The translations under genes and the position numbers were made by a program. DNA of 64,000 nt from Octopus vulgaris (Eukaryota), in NCBI GenBank assembly GCA_951406725.2, contig OX597819.1, positions 102,610,001 through 102,674,000 on the forward strand, written 5' to 3'. Below are positions 56,203 through 64,000 of this stretch, piece by piece. Under the pieces are notes generated by a model. That model was given only the letters and a program-made list of their open reading frames with translations. It searched no databases and had not been told where the DNA came from. Each line of letters starts with the position of its first letter. Positions within the stretch are counted from its first letter, which is position 1.

Positions 56203-56635
56203 AAGGTGGTGAGCTGGCAGAAACGTTAACACGCCGGGCGAACTGCTTAACGGTATTTCGTCTGCCGTTAAGTTCTGAGTTCAAATTCCACCGAGGTCGA
56301 GTTTGCCTTTCATTCTTTTGGGGTCGATAAATTAAGTACCAGTTGCGTACTGGGGTCGATGTAATCGACTTAATCCCTTTGTCTGGCCTTGTGGGTCCCC
56401 TCTATGTTTAGCCCCTTGTGGACAGTAAAGAAATAAGAAACGTTAGTTCTCCGGGCGAAAGGTTTAGCGGTATTTCGTCTGTCTTTACGTTCTGAGTTCA
56501 AATTCCGCCCAGGTCAACTTTGCTTTTCATCCTTTCAGGGTTGATAAATTAAGTGCCACTTGCGTACTGGTGTCGATCTAATCGACTGGACTCCTTCTCA
56601 AACATTTCGGGCTTCTGCCGAGAGTAGAAAAGATT
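56203..56635 (+). mobile_element. SINE family B tandem pair
   Basis: A full copy runs to gtaaagaaata (56435); a second copy resumes at agaaacgttag. Confidence 0.9.
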
Positions 56636-56689
56636 ACTTATTATTTAGTTATTATTAGTTATTATTTATCCACTACCATCAATTGACAT

Positions 56690-57140
56690 ATTCTTTTGTT
56701 TCAGTTATTCGACTGCGGTCATGCTGGAGCACCGCTTTTAGTCGAGCAAATCGACTACAGGAGAGATTTTTTTTTTGGAAGCCTAATACTTATTTTATCC
56801 GAGATTTTGCCGAACCGCTAAGTTACGGGGACATAAACACACCAGCATCGATAGTCAAAGGGTGGTGGTGGAGGGAGACAAGCATATATACACGCACACA
56901 TACATGTATATATATATATACATATATATTTTTTTATTCGTTTCAGTAATTTGACTTCGCGCATGCTGGAGCACTGCCTTTAGTCGAACACATCGTCCCT
57001 AGGACTTATTCTTTGTAAGCCTAAACCTAGTACTTATTCTATCGGTCTATTTTGCCGAACAGCTAAGTTCCAGGGACGTAAACACACCAACATTGGTTAA
57101 GTGATAATGGTGGGAGGACAGGCACAGACACACAAACATA

Positions 57141-57225
<85 letters not shown>

Positions 57226-57367
57226 GCAACGGGTTTCTTACAGTTTCCGTCTACCAAATCCACTCACAAGACCCGAGAAGACACTTGCCCAAGGTGCCAC
57301 GCAGTGTGACTGAACCCAGAACCATGTTGTTGGTAAGCAAGCTACTTACCACACAGCCACTCCTGCG
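56690..57367 (-). mobile_element. SINE family A: a 3' half (56690-56900) plus a full copy (56930-57367)
   Basis: Consensus motifs; the head ends at cagccactcctgcgc. Confidence 0.88.
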
Positions 57368-58010
57368 CGCACTTCCTTTTTTCTCCCATTGCTACATTAA
57401 GAATGACCTTGGCAACTTGACAGCTTATGTTTCATACAGATGGTGACACTGGGTAATATTTTGGGCTTAGCCATTACCACCACCATCACCAGAACTACTA
57501 CTAATAATACTAATACTACTATTACATGTGTCACCATTGCCACTAACACAACCACTACCCCACAACCACCGCAACTATCAGTCACCACCACCACCACCAC
57601 CACTACTATACAAGCACTATACTAATTGTATTATCAATATCTACAATAATCACTACCACCACCATCATCAGCTCAACAACAACAGCAATCTCAAGCACAA
57701 TAACCATTACCACCATCGCCAGCACCAGTTCCACACCTCCTAGCATGCTACCGTAGTAGCCACAACAGCCAGCGATCAGCACCTCCACCTCTAAGACCAC
57801 TGTCACCCATACAACGGAAATGAGAAAAGAGCAGGGCCTCAAGGGAGACAGTTGCTACTAACTTTTTAGTCATACTAATTTACGCATGCTATCTCCACAA
57901 CAGCTGCTATAGTAGCAGCAGCAGCAGCAGCAGTAGTAGTAGTTACATCAGTAGCAGCAGCAGCAGTTGTAGTAGTAGTAGTAGTTGCATCAGTAGTAGC
58001 AGCATCGGTT

Positions 58011-58042
<32 letters not shown>

Positions 58043-58043
58043 T

Positions 58044-58093
<50 letters not shown>

Positions 58094-58399
58094 TACATCA
58101 GTAGCAGCAGCAGCAGTTGTAGTAGTAGTAGTAGTAGTAGTTACATCAGTAGTAGCAGTATCGGTTGTAGTAGTAGTAGTAGTTAACATCAGTAGCAGCA
58201 GCAGTAGTAATAGTAGTAGTTTTAGTGGTGGTGGTAGTTTAACGCCCGCTAACCGTGTATGTCATAGTCGAACAGACCCTTGGTCAAAAGCTTTACAACC
58301 GTGACAATCCAGACTAAGTTTGTTCCTCTTTAAATACCAAGAGCTATGTTATCCTATGCGTCAGTCTATTTACGTGTGGTCTTTCAACAGCATCTACTA

Positions 58400-58456
<57 letters not shown>

Positions 58457-58869
58457 CAGCAGTAATTACGTGAAACACCGCGTAAGGAATATAATTAAAT
58501 CGAATCTGGTTGCTATTTGTATCTGATCGAACAGCCGTTTAGTGGCTCCTTGTTTGTTCACAGTAGTACTTGTTTAATCCCGGAGTTCTGATCAAACAGA
58601 CTTATGATTAAAAGGCAATCCAACAGTGATCCTCTCCCCCCCCCCCCATTGCATCTTCGCTCTCTTTCTTTTTTAAGATATTGAGGTGGAGTGATACAAA
58701 GAACGTTTACTTACTATTTCTAACAGGCCAAGCGACTCAACATAGAGCAGTTTTTCCCTGGCTGGACTCTACCAGTGCTTCGCAAACTTTCCTAATTGTG
58801 GTCCTTATATTTTATCAAAATTGGGCAGCACATATGAACTAAAAATATAACTAAGTATTTTTTTATTCC

Positions 58870-59095
58870 GTTATTCTTTTATTTGTTTCAGTCATTTGAT
58901 TGTAGCCATGCTGGAGCACGGCCTTTAGTTGAACAAATCGACCCCAGGAATTATTCTTTATAAGCCTAGTACTTTAGCCTATCGGTCTCTTTGGTGAACC
59001 GCTAAGTTACAGGGGGGCGTAAATACACCAACATCGGTTGTCAAGCGATGGTGGGGGACAAACACAGACACACAAACATACACACACACACACAC
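58870..59095 (-). mobile_element. SINE family A, 3' half
   Basis: tttcagtcatttg...ccatgctggagcac...catcggttgtcaagcgatggtggggg. Confidence 0.88.
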
Positions 59096-59269
59096 GATGA
59101 CGGTTCGTTTCTCTGTGATTACTTGTCCTGTTTACCGTTTTATTTTTCTCTCGTTGTTTACATATTTAACTCGTTTGTCTACGTATTTCCTGTTGTTTAC
59201 ACAGTTGGTGACGATCTGCACCCAAATAGCCATACATACACACACACACATACACACACACATATATTA

Positions 59270-59710
59270 TCTCTTATTATAAAAGGCAGATTTTATCTGC
59301 CTCCCTTTGTCAGTTATAGAAATCTACAATATAGGATTTCTTCAATTACAATTTACCTAGCATTTTTAAGAGTAGAATGCATCGGGTTTTGCCAGGTCCA
59401 GTTTTTAAAATTTAAACTCCAATTAAGCAAAATTTACAGAAAACTCACATTCTGGTGTGTATGTCAAATGCTTTTCTTAGTCTGGTTTACAGCACACGCA
59501 AACGCACACACACAGTGTGCAACGAATAAAGTGAAACTAGATGTAATATTTGTTTCTGTCTATCACGCTGATAGATACATGAGTAAAATGTATGGCAAGC
59601 TAACAGATAAGAGTTCTTGGAAGAGAGTAAATAGCGACAGAGTGATTTCAGGAAGACTAAACTGAAAGTATGAAACAGTGTTTATGTATAAACAGACGAC
59701 ACTTATATAA
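59270..59710 (+). mobile_element. Probable Helitron-like 5' portion
   Basis: Starts a|TCtcttattataaaag, resembling the 5' end at 60038. It has no 3' end of its own. Confidence 0.4.
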
Positions 59711-59711
59711 A

Positions 59712-60025
59712 CCCTTTCGTTACCAAACCGCCCGAATTTACCTATTCATATTTAAATGAGAATATCAGAGTAAATCTCTTTAGTACATTCGTGAAAACAC
59801 GTATTATACTTCGTAAACACTTCAAATACAGTTTTGTACAAAAATCGAAGTGTAATTTTAATTCCGTGAATTATGGGAGATTTTTTTCCGAAATTTGTTC
59901 CTATTGTGTTTTCAAAATTTGTAATTCTGACAAAAAATGGATACGAATTTCATTATATCAAGCAGCGAGTCAGAATTCGAAGGATTTTCTACTGAAGACC
60001 TTCATAAATCTAACTCTATGACTGA
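59712..60025 (+). mobile_element. piggyBac-like 5' end
   Basis: Begins aa|CCCTTTCGTTACC and runs into an acidic N-terminus MDTNFIISSSESEFEGFSTEDL. No intact TTAA site and no right TIR. Confidence 0.5.
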
Positions 60026-60037
60026 AAAAAAAAAGCA

Positions 60038-60432
60038 TCTTTATATAAGAGTGAAGTTGTGTGTCTGTCTCCTACGATTTAGATTCGTAACTACTCCCAC
60101 ATTTTGCGGTGCAGTTTAACCAAAAGCGGGTATCTTATAGTCGTGATTCATATCGAGCCCTTCCGGGTATTAGCGCGCGTCTACGATGAGTCTACGATTT
60201 AAAAAAAATTTACCATCATATTTTTCCATTTTAATGCATTTTTTTCGCTTTTATATAAGGGAAGTAACTCTCTAAAAATATCTACGATGTGTCAACGATT
60301 AAAAAAAAAATTTACCTTCAGTTTTTTTCAATTTTTAATGCATTTTTTTGCTATTTTTTGGCTATAACTCTCTAAAAATGCTTATATAATTATTTCCCTT
60401 ACAACCCGAGAAACGCCGGGCGATACTGCTAG
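60038..60432 (+). mobile_element. Non-autonomous Helitron
   Basis: a|TCtttatataag 5' end, subterminal hairpin cccg..cggg, CTAG|t 3' end, and an internal ~110-bp tandem duplication. Confidence 0.85.
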
Positions 60433-60454
60433 TTTATTATATATATATAAATAT

Positions 60455-60610
60455 ATACGACGGGCTTCTTAACGGTTCGGCAAAAGTCAACGATAGAATA
60501 AGTACTAGGCTTACACGGAATAAATCCTGGGGTCGATTTGTTCGACGAAAGGCGGTGCTCCAGCATGGCTGCAGTCAAACGACTGAAACGAGTAAAAGAG
60601 TAAAAGTGAA
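60455..60610 (+). mobile_element. SINE family A 3' part, joined to a short opposite-strand piece
   Basis: tacgacgggcttctt (minus sense) is followed by cggttcggcaaaa...gactgaaacgagtaaaagagtaaaag (plus sense). Confidence 0.8.
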
Positions 60611-61436
60611 TATATATATCGTTGAAAAAAGTTTAACTACAATTTTTGATTTGTATGGACTTTTCAACTATATTTATATACTTATATATCATCTCTGACG
60701 TTCCAGTCTTTTTATATTTACAGACATACACACATTAGACAAACTACATTACGTAATGCGCCCATTCTTTTCTATATACGATTGGGAGTAATCCGAGGGA
60801 TATTTGTTAGGTATTTGAAGCTCTCTAGGCTTATGCAGAAAGCTCGTTTTAATGCACACTGGTATATCATTTCATATACAACCATTTCTGAAATGCTATG
60901 CAGAGCAAGAATGCATTTGACTTTCGTTGTTCGAAATTGTGAAAATAGCTACTAAAATCGTTCGGAAGCAATATCCATTCAAGGCCATTTTATAAGTGAA
61001 TATCAACTCAGCGAGCGGGGTTCATTTCTCGAATGATGCTATTTTAATATAATCCGGTGAAAACGTACCCCAGGAGAAAAATCTTAATACAAGGATATCA
61101 AGTTTTCTTCTCTCTTGTAAATCTGCTCTTTTCTATAAGTTTCTTGTTACTTTTTGTAATAATTTTATCCCATTCATCATACATCACAGCTATAGTAAAA
61201 GTTATAAATCATTAAATGCAAACGTCATTAATTATTACCAGGTGGTGTGTTATTAAATCAAGATAAAGTTTCTTTTTTGCATTTCTTAAACTCTTCTTGT
61301 CGACTTTTATTTTTTATTCACAGCGTTTTTACGAACAAGAGAAGAAAATTCTCCCCAGGGCTGACTTGCACGAAATTGCAACTAACTCTTCTTCAAATGC
61401 TACCCTTATGTCTAAAAAAAAAAATTGAATATACTA

Positions 61437-61843
61437 GCGCAGGCGTAGCTGTGTGGTAAGAGGCTTGCCTCCCAACCACATGGGTATGGTTCATGCCCAC
61501 TGTGTGATACCTTGGTTAATTGTCTTCTACTGTAGTCTCGGGCCGGAAACAGAAAGAATCCGTCGTTTGTATACACGAGAGTGAGTGTTTGTGTGTGTTG
61601 CTCTTGTGTGCGCGTGTGTGTGTACATCATTGTGTCTGTGTTTCTTCCCACCATCACCTGACAACCGGTGATGGATTGTTCACGTCCCCGTGACATTAGC
61701 GGTTTGACAAAATGGACCGATAGAATAAGTATCAGGCTTAAAAGAAGAAATAATTACTGGGATCGGTTCATTCCACTGAAACTTCCTGAGGGTGGTGCTG
61801 CAGCATGGCCGCTGTCTAATGATTGAAACAAGCAAAAGATAAA
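61437..61843 (+). mobile_element. SINE family A, near full length
   Basis: Head gcgcaggcgtagctgtgtggtaag through to the tail gattgaaacaagcaaaagata. Confidence 0.88.
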
Positions 61844-62559
61844 CGAAAAAAGTTACAGAACAAACTGATACTGGATATACGATTATTTGCATATTCATTC
61901 TTTATGCCGTCTGGTAGATTCGAACGTAAATATGCTAATCACTGTTGTTTTTCCTCACAAGAAAACTACTTCTTTCAGATGAATGCTTTTCCACTCCTTC
62001 TACGCAAATTAATGGTGTGTGTCAAGAATACATATTTGTCTGAATGACGTTGTTATCTTGTGGCGAAACATGCCAGCGGTAAGTTTATATTCATGTTCGA
62101 ATCTGTAAGTCATTGTTTTGATACTCACTCTTCACTGTGATCATGATGATTGATTATGATTCTGAATATATATTTAAAAAAAAGGAAACAAGATTCACCA
62201 CAAGTACACTTCTCAAACGATGTTTTTTGATACACGAAAATATTTTTCAGTGCATCTGAGAACTCTATCAGAGAATGACAGTGGTTGCGAAGCTGTTCAA
62301 TGCGGATCTTAAAAATCATTTACAAGGGAGATTTCGAAAGTTTTCAAACTACCCGAAAGATATGAATAACAACATTTACAAATAATCCAGAATAATACAT
62401 GGGACTTTAAAGTAAAACGAAGAAGAAAAAACACCGACATAGGAATAACGATAAATATTGGAAGTAGTATTGTCTCCCTTCCAGAACAAAACAGTACCGC
62501 ATATAGTACATCTAAAAATATAAAATACTTCATGCAGAAATAAATTCTAAAAATTGCAT

Positions 62560-62782
62560 ACGTGGCTGTGTGGTAAGACTCTTACTTTCCAACTGCACGG
62601 TTACTGGTTCAGTTCGTTTACATCCTCTCCGCTTAGTGATTCGGCAAAAGAGACCAGTAGAATGAATACCAGGATTTCAAAATAAGTACCAGGGTTGATT
62701 CATTCGACTAAAACCCTTCAAAACAGTGCACTTGCATGACCGCAGTTCAATGACTGAAACAAGTGATAGATAAAAGATAAAA
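62560..62782 (+). mobile_element. SINE family A with central deletion
   Basis: Head tggctgtgtggtaag...ggttcag is fused to the 3' part ttcggcaaaagagacc. Confidence 0.8.
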
Positions 62783-62962
62783 TATCAAACAATAAATGTG
62801 GCTGCTGAAATTACGCATTACTGCTTTATATAAGTGCAAAAGGGACACAACTAGCCAAATGAATAACCCAACTAAACAAATATACATAAGAAAAACAGGA
62901 ACACGTCAACTATTTGCATCCAACATAAGCTGTAAAACTAACAGAATAATCACTATTTAAAG

Positions 62963-63219
62963 CAATGTTTCTCAACCCGTTTTGCCTTTTGATTTCGATT
63001 TTATTCTGTAGTACTTCCATACGCATTCGAACTACATAAAAAAAAAAAAAATTCGACTGTATCTTTCTAACGAAATATTATGAATTATATAAAAACAAAA
63101 CATTAAAATTTGGTGTTTGTGTTGTTTAGAAGTATAAGCAATATATTGCACATAAATTTTAATATTACAATCTTACATACACCATCAAGTCCCATATGGA
63201 CACCGGTTGAGAACAGCTT
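62963..63219. mobile_element. Decayed hAT MITE related to 51941-52289
   Basis: Ends caatgtttctcaacc and ggttgagaacagct, with imperfect flanking repeats atttaaag/atttagaa. Confidence 0.6.
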
Positions 63220-64000
63220 ATTTAGAATAATCATCGCAATGTTGCGCACAAGCTGGAATCTGGGAAAATTATTCTTCTAAGGGCGAACAAAAACCCAAAT
63301 AAAGTAACACCATATACACACATTACTTTTCTATATATAAGCCAAAAATTCTAGAAATTTTGATTTGTTACGAAGAAAGATAGATGTTTGTGTTGCACCT
63401 TCATCTTAGCATGCAGTTGGCAAAGATTACATGAGCTATTTCGTTTGCTACCGAAATAGCTTGTGTTTTTAGATACAGCACGTCTATAGAAGATGCAAAT
63501 ACAGCAGTAAATTTGCTTTTCCGCGATTTATTTACATTAAGTATGATACACAACTGAATTTCTTTTTTATATCTAATTGCATATAACGGACTTCTATGCA
63601 ACTGACGGCTAACTGGAACGCCAGTGATTGTGGTATTACTGTTTCTATAGCGGTAGTGAAGGATATTGTCTTAGCATGTTGTTAGCAGCAATTATATGCT
63701 ACTGATAAAGCGTAATGAGGCAGAAATGTGTATTGTGCTTTCTCACCTGCTGCAGTTGAAAGGTTTTCGTTTGCTACTGAAATAGTCATTTTAACTACAT
63801 TAAGTCCATAATATATAATCTCTCCTGATGAATACTGCTCACAATTTGCTGTTTTCCAATGTATTTATATTAAGTATTATAAACTAATACACGTTCGGTT
63901 GCATATTATAGATATGTGTGTATGTATGTATGTATGTATGTATGTATGTATGTATGTATGTATGTATGTATGTATGTATGTATGTATGTATGTATGTATG

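Overview
AT-rich, gene-poor eukaryotic DNA that looks intronic or intergenic. It is packed with microsatellites ((TA)n, (CA)n, (TAGA)n, (TATG)n, (TAA)n, (TAG/TGG)n) and tRNA-derived SINEs; this repeat make-up strongly suggests an octopus (coleoid cephalopod) genome, which is an inference. No intact protein-coding gene is recognisable, and almost every ORF in the track is a translated microsatellite. Supported features: about 20 copies of SINE family A (internal microsatellite), about 15 copies of SINE family B, a full-length but decayed Tc1 transposon, mariner fragments, hAT and Tigger MITEs, a non-autonomous Helitron, a piggyBac-like 5' end, and CR1-like, R4/Dong-like and RTE-like LINE 3' fragments. 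Most notable: (1) several unrelated small elements, mostly in or beside (TA)n, carry minimal hammerhead-ribozyme-like motifs of Penelope type, including a near-perfect ~90 bp hairpin built from two inverted copies; (2) a ~340 bp palindrome whose arms are outward-facing tRNA-like heads; (3) many long inverted repeats that would form dsRNA if transcribed. Coordinates were read by eye, and repeat boundaries are approximate.
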